Part shown: piece after piece, positions 1-9,800 of the stretch
Numbering within the stretch: the stretch's first letter is position 1
Layout of the letters: each line of letters starts with the position of its first letter
Source: a virus
Taxonomy: Duplodnaviria; Caudoviricetes
IMG/VR virus record: IMGVR_UViG_3300005323_000358
Location: 1 to 30,213 of that record
Direction: 5' to 3' (one strand)
DNA length: 30,213 bases
Notes under the pieces: model-generated
What the model saw: only the letters and a program-made list of their open reading frames with translations
The model's database searches: none
What the model was told of the DNA's origin: nothing
Program-made: the position numbers and the translations under genes

Positions 1-327
1 GTAAGTTCTAAGGGCAATGTAATTTGCTACGTTATTACTCACTTCGTCAAGTTGTCCAGGATAAACGTTATCAATAATCCAGTCGTAGGTGTCTTCTATT
101 AAATCTCCAAATTGTCTTTTATCGTCAGATTTACGCTTTGCAAAATTGACACCAGCCAAATCCATAGCTTTACGCTCTGTTCTAGTTAACGCCCGCGGTG
201 CTGGCACACTACCAGCGGATATCAATTCAAGCAAAATTTCTCTATTTCTAGCTTCCTGAGCCTCGCGTTTTTCTTCACGTTCCTTTGCTTCTTTTAGTTC
301 CAATTCTTTTATTTCTTGTTCAGTCAT
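1..327 (-). CDS. Probable tail assembly chaperone, 3' end off-window
   Basis: Not in the ORF track. Read by hand: ATG at 327 after RBS AAAGGTGG, MTEQEIKELELKEAKEREEKREAQ..., open to position 1. Lies directly downstream of the tail tube gene. Confidence 0.6.
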   Translation of the reverse strand, partial: MTEQEIKELELKEAKEREEKREAQEARNREILLELISAGSVPAPRALTRTERKAMDLAGVNFAKRKSDDKRQFGDLIEDTYDWIIDNVYPGQLDEVSNNVANYIALRTY

Positions 328-350
328 GTTAAATTACCACCTTTTATTTT

Positions 351-1295
351 TTAATATGTTGCCTGTCCATTTACTAAAGTTACGACAATAACCGCATTTT
401 CCACGCTATTACGATAAAATGCCTTAAAAGCTAACTCCACCATAACGCCCTTAGGCCCATCAATAGTAGGGCTGTTACGCTCATACATTAATTCCGGTAT
501 TTTAAATTCCAAAGAGTGCGTACTATTTGTCAGTTTTAAAGCTATTTTTGAGGTTGTCCCTGCCATAGCCTTATTTAGCAGTATGGCATCTGTAAATAAA
601 GCCGTAATGTTACCAGATACGCCAATAATGCCCTCATTTACACTACCCCTAAAACCGCCCCCGCCTAAAACGTACGTGTCTCCATCAAGGCCCATATCTA
701 AATTAAGATCAGCTTTAGTAACTACTGCTAAACTAACCCCATTATCTGTAATAGCTGCTTGAAAATTACCGAACTTTGTGAGTGGTATTTCCGTAGGCGT
801 AGTATCAAAACTAGTTGCGGAGATCGTTTCTTTTGCTCCCATCACATCAATGCTAGCAGTTAGGTCACCATCTCCACCAAAACTGATTCCAAGTTTTCCA
901 ACCTTGCACCCGTTGAATAAAAAATACTGATTGATATCGGGGAATGCTTGTTCAAGTACCATGGATGGTTGAGTAAGACCAGGCTTAAAAACATGTGTAT
1001 ACGGATCGCCTGTTCCTGTTGTTGTCGGACTGCCAAAAATCGCTTTTAACCAATATCCTATAGCAATCTCATCGACTGGTACTGCAACTGGTCCCGAAAC
1101 ATCAATAAACCCCATTGATGGCTGAGCAGGATCGCGCCTACCTGTAATTGTTTTATCTTCAGCAAGATTTTGCTTTGATCTAACTTTGCTTGACTGGATA
1201 GGCATTAAAATACCATTTGGTACATCTGGTGTAGTGTTGTAGGTTGTCTCAAAATCCAATGTTAACCGACCGCGATAACCTTGGGCTTGTCCCAT
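351..1295 (-). CDS. Major tail (tube) protein
   Basis: 314 aa, Gly/Thr-rich, beta-type composition, typical siphophage tube pattern (YTHVFKP, FNGCKV..L.I). Follows the tail terminator gene. Confidence 0.8.
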   Translation of the reverse strand: MGQAQGYRGRLTLDFETTYNTTPDVPNGILMPIQSSKVRSKQNLAEDKTITGRRDPAQPSMGFIDVSGPVAVPVDEIAIGYWLKAIFGSPTTTGTGDPYTHVFKPGLTQPSMVLEQAFPDINQYFLFNGCKVGKLGISFGGDGDLTASIDVMGAKETISATSFDTTPTEIPLTKFGNFQAAITDNGVSLAVVTKADLNLDMGLDGDTYVLGGGGFRGSVNEGIIGVSGNITALFTDAILLNKAMAGTTSKIALKLTNSTHSLEFKIPELMYERNSPTIDGPKGVMVELAFKAFYRNSVENAVIVVTLVNGQATY

Positions 1296-1309
1296 AAAAT
1301 ATCAACTCC

Positions 1310-1789
1310 TTAATAAACTAAATTTGTACCCATAATCACCTGCATATTTAAAGTTAAATTCATTCTCCCTGGATATTGGGGGAAATTACTGCTCGGGTCA
1401 ATATCATAATCAATGTCGTTTACTGGATAACTTGGGTTCAATTCAGCCACTGTCTCTAGTATCAATTGTCCCAATGTATCAGTTTCTCTCAATCCCGGAT
1501 ATGAAATATCACTACCGACAATAATCGGTGTTTTATTGCAAATGCACCACGCTATTGTGAGCATGTAAGCGTTTTCTGATCTTCCTGCACCTTCCCCTTT
1601 TGCCCCTGGCAGTAAAGCTACATATGGGCAATCAGCAGCAGTAGGTGGCTTTTTTTCATCATAGCCATCATAAATTTTAAACGTCTTGCCGTATTTTTCT
1701 TGGCAAAACGCTTCAATTTCAGCACTAGTACGAATAGCCACACGCCACCGCTCTGAAATGTCAGTAACCTTAATTGTCGGTATATACAT
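1310..1789 (-). CDS. Putative tail terminator/completion protein
   Basis: Size (159 aa) and position just upstream of the tail tube gene. Confidence 0.55.
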   Translation of the reverse strand: MYIPTIKVTDISERWRVAIRTSAEIEAFCQEKYGKTFKIYDGYDEKKPPTAADCPYVALLPGAKGEGAGRSENAYMLTIAWCICNKTPIIVGSDISYPGLRETDTLGQLILETVAELNPSYPVNDIDYDIDPSSNFPQYPGRMNLTLNMQVIMGTNLVY

Positions 1790-2319
1790 TACACACCCCG
1801 CGATTTATTAATATAGTCCCAAACCTTATCCTCTACCATCTTCCCAATTTTACCTTCCAAAGCATTACGCATAGGCTCAAAAGTTCTTCTAGCAGGAATA
1901 ATCATTGCAGGTTTTGCCGACAGCGGAACATTTCTTGATTTAAAATAATCACGCATTTTCTGCGTGATCGGTCTTACTTGGCCTGATTCAATTTTTTCAC
2001 CGCGCTTGATCGCTGATCTAGATAACCAACCAACCGAAACTGATAAATTGCTAGGATCATATTTCGACCTTACGGCACTTGCCATTTTACCAAGAGTGCT
2101 AAATTTCTTTTTTCCCGTTTTTTCAAGTTTTGCCCTCATTTCAGCGGGCATAAATTTAGCATATCGCACCCCACCAGGAGCACCACTTTTAATGCCGTCT
2201 TTGATTTCCTTGCGAACAAATAATCCAGTTGATTGCATAGCTTTCCTAGTCCATATAGGTTGATTTTTAATCATATCCTGCAGGAATGGCGTGGCTCCAT
2301 TAGATATATTTATTTCCAT
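1789..2319 (-). CDS. Putative tail completion/neck protein (lambda gpZ / HK97 gp10-like)
   Basis: Basic protein with a C-terminal IPARRTFEP motif; neck-module position. Likely start is ATG 2319 (track start 2334). Confidence 0.6.
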   Translation of the reverse strand: MEINISNGATPFLQDMIKNQPIWTRKAMQSTGLFVRKEIKDGIKSGAPGGVRYAKFMPAEMRAKLEKTGKKKFSTLGKMASAVRSKYDPSNLSVSVGWLSRSAIKRGEKIESGQVRPITQKMRDYFKSRNVPLSAKPAMIIPARRTFEPMRNALEGKIGKMVEDKVWDYINKSRGV

Positions 2320-2320
2320 A

Positions 2321-2830
2321 TCAACCACTCTCACGATAGTACTTAACTATCGTTTCCCATTTGTCTTGATTTTTTAAAACGTGTTCTACGGCCTCACGCC
2401 CTGCTCCATAACCACCACTTAAATTAGTAACATAGTTAGCCACTTCTTTTATCTCAGGCACTGCATTTGCTACTGCAATGGAATAACCACATTTGACCAT
2501 GGCCGCTAGATCGTTTAGATCATCACCAACGTAACACATTTCAGACATTTTTATTTTAAAACGATCGCAAATATCAATAAGGGCGGTTGTTTTTCTAGCA
2601 ATTCCTACATAAACCTTATCTATTTTTAGCTCCTTTGCCCTATATGTTGTGGAATTACTTTTTCTACCTGTAATAAAAAATACCGATATTCCTGCACTTT
2701 TTGCGTAAATAATACCGCCAGCATCTAGTGTACAAAACGATTTGAACAACTCACCTGTGGGGCTAGTATGTATTTTCCCATCGGTAAGAGTTCCATCCAC
2801 ATCAAAAATAATTGCTTTTATGTTTTTCAC
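2321..2830 (-). CDS. kdsC: KdsC/YrbI-family HAD phosphatase (KDO-8-phosphate phosphatase-like)
   Basis: Motif I FDVDGTLTDG, ITGR, GDDLND and the family signature GGYGAGRE; 169 aa. Confidence 0.88.
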   Translation of the reverse strand: MKNIKAIIFDVDGTLTDGKIHTSPTGELFKSFCTLDAGGIIYAKSAGISVFFITGRKSNSTTYRAKELKIDKVYVGIARKTTALIDICDRFKIKMSEMCYVGDDLNDLAAMVKCGYSIAVANAVPEIKEVANYVTNLSGGYGAGREAVEHVLKNQDKWETIVKYYRESG

Positions 2831-3147
2831 ATCGCACTCTCATTAGTGGTACACTCAATGCGGTATACGCCAGCAGAATGATTAACAGTGTGAGCATAAT
2901 GCCAATCTTTATTTTTATATGTGATTGTATCGCCTAGTGCTGGTGCTGGTACATCAGATTCCATTACCTCAAAAAATGCCCTGTCGGAAGATCCCTGCTG
3001 ATCAAAAGTATTTCCTTGGGCGTTATCCTCGCCAATTTCTACTATAGCCAAAATTTCTACACCTTTATACAAAATGGGATCGGCATGTTCTTTAGGATTA
3101 AAAATGATGGTAGCTAAATCAGCTACCATCAAATCTTTTAAGCTCAT
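2827..3147 (-). CDS. Head-tail joining protein (lambda gpFII-like)
   Basis: 106 aa, MSLKDLM..DL..IFN..E start, P..GDTI motif; position after the capsid genes. Confidence 0.65.
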   Translation of the reverse strand: MSLKDLMVADLATIIFNPKEHADPILYKGVEILAIVEIGEDNAQGNTFDQQGSSDRAFFEVMESDVPAPALGDTITYKNKDWHYAHTVNHSAGVYRIECTTNESAM

Positions 3148-3149
3148 GA

Positions 3150-3485
3150 TTAGTAATTTAACCTGATAACCGCAACAGCATCAGCAGCGGCTTTAGCAAC
3201 TACCGCGATACCTGCTCTTGTGTTATCAGTATCCGTTTTCGTTAATACATTGGCAGTGTCATCCCAATACAATACATCCCATAATGTAAAAGCCTCTCCT
3301 GTTTTAGCCACTACATTAAACACACCTTTAGTTTTTAAAACACCCGATTTCCCTGTATCAATATCATTTAATGCCACACCAACACCAACAACACCCATCG
3401 GTACAATCTCGCCAACTTTTACATCAGCAGTTGCCGTAAAATCTAATCTGTCATCACCCATTACATATATTGCTTCTTTAGCCAT
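3150..3485 (-). CDS. DUF2190-family capsid-associated protein
   Basis: ADVKVGEIV..GVALNDI..G..G...GVF, LYWD and AGIAV pattern; directly after the capsid gene. Confidence 0.8.
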   Translation of the reverse strand: MAKEAIYVMGDDRLDFTATADVKVGEIVPMGVVGVGVALNDIDTGKSGVLKTKGVFNVVAKTGEAFTLWDVLYWDDTANVLTKTDTDNTRAGIAVVAKAAADAVAVIRLNY

Positions 3486-3527
3486 TTATAAGTTCACTCC
3501 TTACTTTTTAATATTTAAAAAGGGCTA

Positions 3528-5402
3528 TTATGCCCCTGCGTTTTTAAACAAACCACGGAAATCAAGAGCACTCACGCCAACATCTAATCTGATACGGTAC
3601 TCAATGCCATCAACATCAAATCCAGCGCGTGATTCCATAACAGGAGCTTCTACACCATTTAAATAGTTGACCTCAATAGTGTCAATCATTCCAGAATTAG
3701 CCGCCAAATACCATGCTTTTGCATCTTCTAATTCGGCATCAGAAATAATTTTAAACATGCCCTTGATCGGATTAATGACCTCATTGCTTTTCGTGCCATC
3801 TACAGCGGAATTAATAACCTGACTTGCCAACATAGCCAACTCTGGAGGCAGTATCATAAATTCAGGACTAATATTTAATTTTTCTTTTTTGCCAATATTG
3901 GTTTGACGTTTCATTTTTGCAAGAGCTTCACTGATTGCCACGATACTAATAGCGGCTGCTGTCCCTATGTTTTTATGATCAGCATGGAATAAAGTTTTAG
4001 AATCTTCCTGCATTACTGGGTTTCCAGTCAGTATCGCATAAACCATACGATTAATCATACGCTTGGATGCCATGGAATACTTTTGCGGAATGGTGGATAA
4101 TGCACCAAGATCATCATTGATAATAGCTTGCCGAGAAATGCTCCAACGTCTGCCATAAGTGCCAAGGCTTACAGTCTGTTTACCTTCGGTAATTTCAGCA
4201 TGTTTGAATTGACCAAGCTCGTTTAAAGGGGCCAGTTCGTCAGCTTCAGATAATCTTAAACGAGTAGCGGTTTTAAAATCTGACAGACTACCTTTGCGTG
4301 TCCAGTCTTGATAAGTAGTTTGTGCGGCTTGATACGCCTGGCTCATTGATTTATTGGCGATATTAGACAAAATACCTGGGAAATCGGATGTGCCAGTAAT
4401 TGCATCACGCACTAACTCCATAGGATCTGCATAGCTGGCACGTTTTCCAGTTTTGCGTTCTAGGCACTCACGGGCTAAATCCATTAGTTTCATACCACGA
4501 AATTGATCTGATCCTGCAGTTGGTGTAGCAATTACGATGCCAGACCGCAACGATAATCCATCTGTAACGGCAGCGCGAAATTTATCAGCCTCATCAGCAC
4601 CAACTTGCACCGTTGAAACAGCTTGTTTCTCTTCAAAAATCTTGTCCATTACGGCAGCACGGGCTTGCTCTACTGTTTTGCCTTCGTTAATAAATGCGTC
4701 AGGTTCAACACCGAACTTGCGACACATTGCTGTAATTTCTATGGTTCTTACTCTTTCATCTGAAACAGCAGCTGCTCTAATTTCATCTTGGTTTACTATA
4801 ATTACCGGATCACTTGTTTTAATTGACATATTTACACCTCTTTTATTTTTTTCTTCTTCAGGAACCTCACCACGTCCCACACCAACAGAAGAATCTGCTG
4901 GGATAGTCACTATTGATATTTCAGGAACGCTCCATTTACGGGCAATGTGGCAAGGGCCTGCAAAGCGACCATCGATAGACATTTTACCGTTCTCAACGTA
5001 TTCCCAATTTGCCACGTTGTATCTACAACTAACAGCTTTCATTGTCCTATTTTTCACCTTTTGGAAAACCTTATCTGATTCTTCATCAGTATCAAATTTA
5101 ACAATAGCTTCACCACGGTTATTTTCAATCCACGCCTTTTCAATACTGCCAATCGGTAATCCATAAGAATTATGATTAAGCAGTAACACGCCAACCTCAT
5201 TTAACCTAGTTAAGTCACAGGCTCCTGGCGAATGGTCAAGTATCTCAACATCGCCCCAACGAACCACTTCAGTTGTCTCGCTGGAAAAAGAAAGCCTAAC
5301 GGTTCGTTCCTCCTCGTTAACTGCGGAGCGTTCAAACGTTAGGTTTCTTTGTAAATTTTCTTTGTTTTCTTCCCATGTTGGCGTTTTATTTTGTATTATC
5401 AT
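3528..5402 (-). CDS. Prohead protease-major capsid protein fusion
   Basis: N-terminal HK97-type protease (LLLNHN, EISIVTIPAD). C-terminal capsid domain (TSDFPGIL, DFK, TYGR, AIINDDL, YLNG, DFRGL). RBS AGGAGG precedes ATG 5402. Confidence 0.9.
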   Translation of the reverse strand: MIIQNKTPTWEENKENLQRNLTFERSAVNEEERTVRLSFSSETTEVVRWGDVEILDHSPGACDLTRLNEVGVLLLNHNSYGLPIGSIEKAWIENNRGEAIVKFDTDEESDKVFQKVKNRTMKAVSCRYNVANWEYVENGKMSIDGRFAGPCHIARKWSVPEISIVTIPADSSVGVGRGEVPEEEKNKRGVNMSIKTSDPVIIVNQDEIRAAAVSDERVRTIEITAMCRKFGVEPDAFINEGKTVEQARAAVMDKIFEEKQAVSTVQVGADEADKFRAAVTDGLSLRSGIVIATPTAGSDQFRGMKLMDLARECLERKTGKRASYADPMELVRDAITGTSDFPGILSNIANKSMSQAYQAAQTTYQDWTRKGSLSDFKTATRLRLSEADELAPLNELGQFKHAEITEGKQTVSLGTYGRRWSISRQAIINDDLGALSTIPQKYSMASKRMINRMVYAILTGNPVMQEDSKTLFHADHKNIGTAAAISIVAISEALAKMKRQTNIGKKEKLNISPEFMILPPELAMLASQVINSAVDGTKSNEVINPIKGMFKIISDAELEDAKAWYLAANSGMIDTIEVNYLNGVEAPVMESRAGFDVDGIEYRIRLDVGVSALDFRGLFKNAGA

Positions 5403-6885
5403 CTTCTTCCTCCTTATCAAATAAGCTCGGATCTATTAGCGAGTTATCTATAAAATCAACTTCTAAATCTAGTCCTAACTTCTTGGCATAAGCCTGCTCT
5501 AATGCCCTTTGCTCTAACACCTCCTGCCAATCCTTGCCTTGCGTTCCACAAACTTCGGCAAGTGTCGTAATTCCTGATTTAAGTTGCACCACGCTGGCAT
5601 TAACTTCTTTCAGCGGATCAATCCAAGTCCATCCCGGCGTTATCCAAGTTACATCAAAATATCTTTCCCGATCACTAAAAAAATCAGGGGCATTAATAAG
5701 ACCAGCCATTACGCAGGAGGTTATAAATTCCTCCCATACTGGCTGGCAAAAATGTTTAATTATAAAAGTTTGCAGCGGTTTAAATGTTTTGCGATCTTCT
5801 AGCATGTTTTGTCTTGCAGCTGAAAAATTACCTTTAATATCACGCGTAACAACATCATATGATATTCCAGTACCTGCACTTGCCCTACGTGATTGCATTT
5901 CCACATAGTCTTTCGCCGTTCCAGCATTGCGCTTGGGTTCAGCAAATTTAACAGTTTGTCCTGGTCTTAAATGTTGTATAATACCTGGTCTTAATTCTGA
6001 TATAGATTTACCTTTGCTATCAGTTCCAGTTCTACCTGGCTTTCCACCATCATCTGATTCAACAAATGCTGCAAAACATGCAGCCGCTCTTACAGCAGCC
6101 ATCTCAGCATCTAAATATTGATCAGTATCATGGATTTTACTCATAACTCTTGCGAGCTCTGAAATACCACGTATTTGAGTAGCGCGACGTTTTTTAAACA
6201 AATGAATCATATTTTTGCTTAATATCCGGTAAGGCTCAAATGTTTGAAATCCAAAAGGATCAATATGGTAAAACCAATAGGCTATAGGTTTGAGTGTTTT
6301 TGTTACTTCTACACCAGATTGTATCGCATTACCTTGATACTCAGTACTATTACTGCCCATTTGCTCTTGTTCCATCATTTGTAACTGAAAAGGTATTCGC
6401 TGTGACTTATCAGATGTTTTATAAAAAAATGACTCTCCGTCGTAATACATACGCCGTAAAGCCATCGCCTGCAACTCGTAAAAATCACTTTGCCCCGTTA
6501 CATCACAATTTTGAGGTTTTACCCATGATTTCCAGAGTTTTTCTATTGTTTTATTAGTTTTTTCATCAAATTCCTTCCCTGATTTAGTGCGAACTTTAGC
6601 CTGTGGCTTAATCCCTTCGCCTATTACATTACGTTCAATAGCACTTACAATACCTTCCGCAAGATCACTATTACGTTCCAACGCTTGGGCGCGTTTGCGA
6701 ATCAAGTCCCTATACGGTTTATCTACCTGCTCACCACTACCATTTGCTGTAACCCAATCACTATTAAGCCTATCATTTTGTGCGGCATCATAATTTCGTA
6801 ATTGATTAATACCTAATTTATACTGCGCTCGTTCAAATGCCCATTGCGGGGAAAATACTTCAATTGCTTTATCTAAAAAGTTCAT
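5386..6885 (-). CDS. Portal protein, lambda family
   Basis: YDAA, RA..LERN, DGE, Q.RGIS, NFSAAR and WIDPLKE motifs. Confidence 0.93.
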   Translation of the reverse strand: MNFLDKAIEVFSPQWAFERAQYKLGINQLRNYDAAQNDRLNSDWVTANGSGEQVDKPYRDLIRKRAQALERNSDLAEGIVSAIERNVIGEGIKPQAKVRTKSGKEFDEKTNKTIEKLWKSWVKPQNCDVTGQSDFYELQAMALRRMYYDGESFFYKTSDKSQRIPFQLQMMEQEQMGSNSTEYQGNAIQSGVEVTKTLKPIAYWFYHIDPFGFQTFEPYRILSKNMIHLFKKRRATQIRGISELARVMSKIHDTDQYLDAEMAAVRAAACFAAFVESDDGGKPGRTGTDSKGKSISELRPGIIQHLRPGQTVKFAEPKRNAGTAKDYVEMQSRRASAGTGISYDVVTRDIKGNFSAARQNMLEDRKTFKPLQTFIIKHFCQPVWEEFITSCVMAGLINAPDFFSDRERYFDVTWITPGWTWIDPLKEVNASVVQLKSGITTLAEVCGTQGKDWQEVLEQRALEQAYAKKLGLDLEVDFIDNSLIDPSLFDKEEEDDNTK

Positions 6886-7103
6886 GATCTACCCCATTGA
6901 ACATATACCATGCCACTACCATCATTACTTGAATTTTGTTGGCTTGCAATTCTAGACATTAAGTCTTTTTCCCTCGCATATAATGCCGGTAATTCTGATC
7001 GTCTGACACGTCGACCTCCAATACTATATTCAATCCCTTGTTCAGCTGCTGAAATTGCAGATTGCACATCCTCAAGTTGTTGTTCTAATGTTTTTATTGC
7101 CAA
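6882..7103 (-). CDS. gpW-like head completion protein
   Basis: AI......EYSIGGRRVRRSELPAL motif, between terminase and portal. Likely start is TTG 7103 after GGAGGTG. Confidence 0.75.
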   Translation of the reverse strand: MAIKTLEQQLEDVQSAISAAEQGIEYSIGGRRVRRSELPALYAREKDLMSRIASQQNSSNDGSGMVYVQWGRS

Positions 7104-7124
7104 TGTTCTCACCTCCCTTCACTG

Positions 7125-8984
7125 CTACCCAAACCAACTACTGCCGCTATTAAACCAACTACTTTTAGGTGGTATTGGTTCTTCTTCGATTTCTTCCTCC
7201 ACTTCTTCAAGTGGCCTTAGGTATCTAACTCCCATTTGTTCTGCTGCTGAAAACGAATAAACCGCCGCATCAAGTAAATGATTGGCGGCTCCACTAGTTA
7301 CCTTTTGCCATTCTTCCGTAATTACCCCAGTACGTTTATCCCTAATCGTCACCTTTTGCTCACTGGTTAGTTGGTCTATATATTCCTCAGGGCAATCTTT
7401 AAATATGCTTAAGCTCCCTGGTGAGTTAGGATCTTTTTTCATTCGTCCAAAAATCATGTCCTTGAAGTAATGTCCATCAACAACATATAATTTAAGACCC
7501 CCAAAACCTTCTTTATCAATACTTGTAACACTATAAGGAGATGTTAGTCGTTTTGAGCTACCTTTTACTGGTCTACATACTTCGGGAAACTGGGAGCAAA
7601 AAGTATAAACTTCATCAGTGCGATAACCACTATCGATGTTTGCCAAATTTACCATAAATGGTTCTCCATCAGCATTACAATATCTACGATTGATTAATAC
7701 TTCTTCTAATTCAAACCAATTTTCTACCCGCCCATATTCTATAAGCCTGCCAGTTATACCATAAGACCAGGCTTTAATCTCATACCAAAAATGATTGAGC
7801 TGTACATCAACTCCCGCAGTGATAAGTTGCGTATCATCAGGGACGACTCCGCGCCCCCATACGTGTTGCTGTTTTTTTAATGTCGCGACATTATTTTCTG
7901 TCTTCTTATCTTTCCATGCTTCTCCTAGCCAAGAGTTTACAAAATTCATAAATTTTTCAGGATGTGGTTTGGATTTAATAAACTCGGCGGCCACATCACC
8001 AAAGGTAAGCCATGGAGAATAAATACTGTTAATATGAAAACCGACTTTCCTTACAACGTTAGTTGTGGATTGTCTGTTTTTCCACTTACCAGCTTTTAGC
8101 ATATTTAATTTATGATTATCATTTATGATGCCACTACATTTTTCACACTCATACCATGCAGTGTCTTTAGCGGTTTTGGCTGTTGATCCTTTAGGCCATT
8201 TAATACCTTTCAGTTTGAATATCTGTTCATGCCCACAATGAGGGCATGGGACATGGTAGTCTCTTACTACATCACAATCGTCCAGCTCTTGTGAAATGGC
8301 CCCTGTAGGTAATGTAGGAGTTGAGCAGTATAAAATCTTGCGGTTGTTTTTATATGTTTTAGTACGTTCTTTAGCTAATTGTATTGGTCCTGCTTCACGT
8401 CCTGCAAATAAAGGAAATTTATCCGTCTCATCAAAAATAACATATCGGCATGGTCTTGATGCCAAATCAGCCGGACTGTTAGATCCAATCAAGGCAGCAT
8501 ACATACCAGGGAATTGCAATTCACACTTACTAGATTTGTTTTTCATGAATTTATTAGATAGTGCTGGTGACTTTTCCAGCATTGGCTGGATACGGTTTTC
8601 ACTGGTCCACTCTGCAAGATCATCAATAGGATATACAATAATCGTCGGGCTTGGATCTTGGTCGATAATAAAGCCCAAAATATTCATAAGAGCCTCAGTA
8701 CCGCCAATCTGTGATGCTTTGCAAAATACTATTTCTTCAACATCAGGCTCATTGTACTGATCCATGATCTCTTTTAAATATGGTGTTCTTTCGGTACGCC
8801 ACGGCCCTGCTTCATTACTTGTCTTACCATCAAGTATACGATATTTATCCGACCACTCAGATACAGTTAATCGTTCTGGTGGTTTCCACGCTTGCTTTTC
8901 AATTTCTGACCAATTAGGTTTTGCCCTTCCTTGGCGTGTACGCTCCGTCGCGGCTGTAGCTTTCGAGGAGGTAATAGACTTCAT
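7125..8984 (-). CDS. Terminase large subunit, lambda GpA family
   Basis: W+PP..LTVSEW, TPYL, KASQIGGT Walker A, FDETD Walker B, STPT, CPHC/CEKC Zn pair, GVDVQ, IDSG, NHLLD. Confidence 0.96.
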   Translation of the reverse strand: MKSITSSKATAATERTRQGRAKPNWSEIEKQAWKPPERLTVSEWSDKYRILDGKTSNEAGPWRTERTPYLKEIMDQYNEPDVEEIVFCKASQIGGTEALMNILGFIIDQDPSPTIIVYPIDDLAEWTSENRIQPMLEKSPALSNKFMKNKSSKCELQFPGMYAALIGSNSPADLASRPCRYVIFDETDKFPLFAGREAGPIQLAKERTKTYKNNRKILYCSTPTLPTGAISQELDDCDVVRDYHVPCPHCGHEQIFKLKGIKWPKGSTAKTAKDTAWYECEKCSGIINDNHKLNMLKAGKWKNRQSTTNVVRKVGFHINSIYSPWLTFGDVAAEFIKSKPHPEKFMNFVNSWLGEAWKDKKTENNVATLKKQQHVWGRGVVPDDTQLITAGVDVQLNHFWYEIKAWSYGITGRLIEYGRVENWFELEEVLINRRYCNADGEPFMVNLANIDSGYRTDEVYTFCSQFPEVCRPVKGSSKRLTSPYSVTSIDKEGFGGLKLYVVDGHYFKDMIFGRMKKDPNSPGSLSIFKDCPEEYIDQLTSEQKVTIRDKRTGVITEEWQKVTSGAANHLLDAAVYSFSAAEQMGVRYLRPLEEVEEEIEEEPIPPKSSWFNSGSSWFG

Positions 8985-9441
8985 CGCGTAACACCCTTTC
9001 CACCTCTCTTATTGACTGATTTGCAATTTGCGGTGCAATTTTTTTTTCTAGCTGTCTAAGTCCTGATTTTAATTCTAAAATTCTACTAGCCCATTCTGCT
9101 TGAACGTCATCAATATGTATTAACTCCCCTTGTATTTTATCAAGGGCTATTTTTTCTTTTTCCGATTTAGTTTCACGATAATCTGCATCAGCTTTCAACT
9201 TTCTTGCTTCATCGCTGATCGTTTTTTGTTCACTATTCCCGTTACTAGCACCTTTCCCAAGCCATTCATTTAACTTTTTTATATCCCAACTTCCGCGGCC
9301 TTCTTTTGGTGCTCCTTTTTTAGCCCAACCTGACAAAGTTTCACGACTCACGCCAAAAAAAATACAAGTATCCGAAGTACCATGAACAAATGTACCATCT
9401 ACCTTTTGCGTATTTTCTTTTTTTGTATTTTTTGCAACCAT
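8914..9441 (-). CDS. Terminase small subunit (Nu1-like)
   Basis: N-terminal winged HTH (FGVSRETLSGW..KGAP), then coiled coil and GELI. Overlaps terL. RBS GGAGG precedes ATG 9441. Confidence 0.85.
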   Translation of the reverse strand: MVAKNTKKENTQKVDGTFVHGTSDTCIFFGVSRETLSGWAKKGAPKEGRGSWDIKKLNEWLGKGASNGNSEQKTISDEARKLKADADYRETKSEKEKIALDKIQGELIHIDDVQAEWASRILELKSGLRQLEKKIAPQIANQSIREVERVLRDEVYYLLESYSRDGAYTPRKGKT

Positions 9442-9498
9442 CGCTACCTCCATTTGTCAGAATGTCAACCTAAAAAAACACTTTTTAGGCGAGAAAAT

Positions 9499-9544
9499 GC
9501 CGGAGTTTTCCGACCCTCGGCTAATTTCGCCCTAGGGAGTACCT
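9499..9544 (-). other. Putative cos site (cosQ-like plus cosN-like)
   Basis: GC-rich patch just upstream of terS: AGGTACT, then GCCGAGGGTCGGAAAACTCCGGC with terminal GCCG/CGGC symmetry. Layout resembles lambda cosQ GGGTCCT followed by cosN. Confidence 0.5.
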
Positions 9545-9578
9545 TTTATTTCCATGGATACCCCATATTATTAAGCAT

Positions 9579-9749
9579 TTACTCACTATTGCCCATTCCT
9601 GTTGTCTTGTTAATGGTTATACATGTAGGTGAATAGTTACATTTAGTGCATATACAACATCTAAGACTAGGGCTAAACGACATACTACCCTTGGCCCTGC
9701 AATCTGGACAGTCACCACTATAGATTCCACCTATTGCTATACGATGCAT
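9579..9749 (-). CDS. Small Zn-ribbon protein
   Basis: CPDC...CICTKC; RBS AAGGGGG precedes ATG 9749. Confidence 0.55.
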   Translation of the reverse strand: MHRIAIGGIYSGDCPDCRAKGSMSFSPSLRCCICTKCNYSPTCITINKTTGMGNSE

Positions 9750-9772
9750 AATTGCCCCCTTCAATTGAATGT

Positions 9773-9800
9773 AAAGAAAAGCCGTCCTAAAGGACGGCTT
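9773..9800 (-). terminator. Intrinsic terminator
   Basis: Inverted repeat AAGCCGTCCT-aa-AGGACGGCTT with a T-rich tail on the minus strand. Confidence 0.75.

Noticed and set aside
1964-9636. Many plus-strand ORFs over the structural genes (e.g. 3220..3666, 4537..5166, 8296..8760)
   Set aside because: Antisense shadows of well-supported minus-strand genes, with no RBS or motifs recognised.
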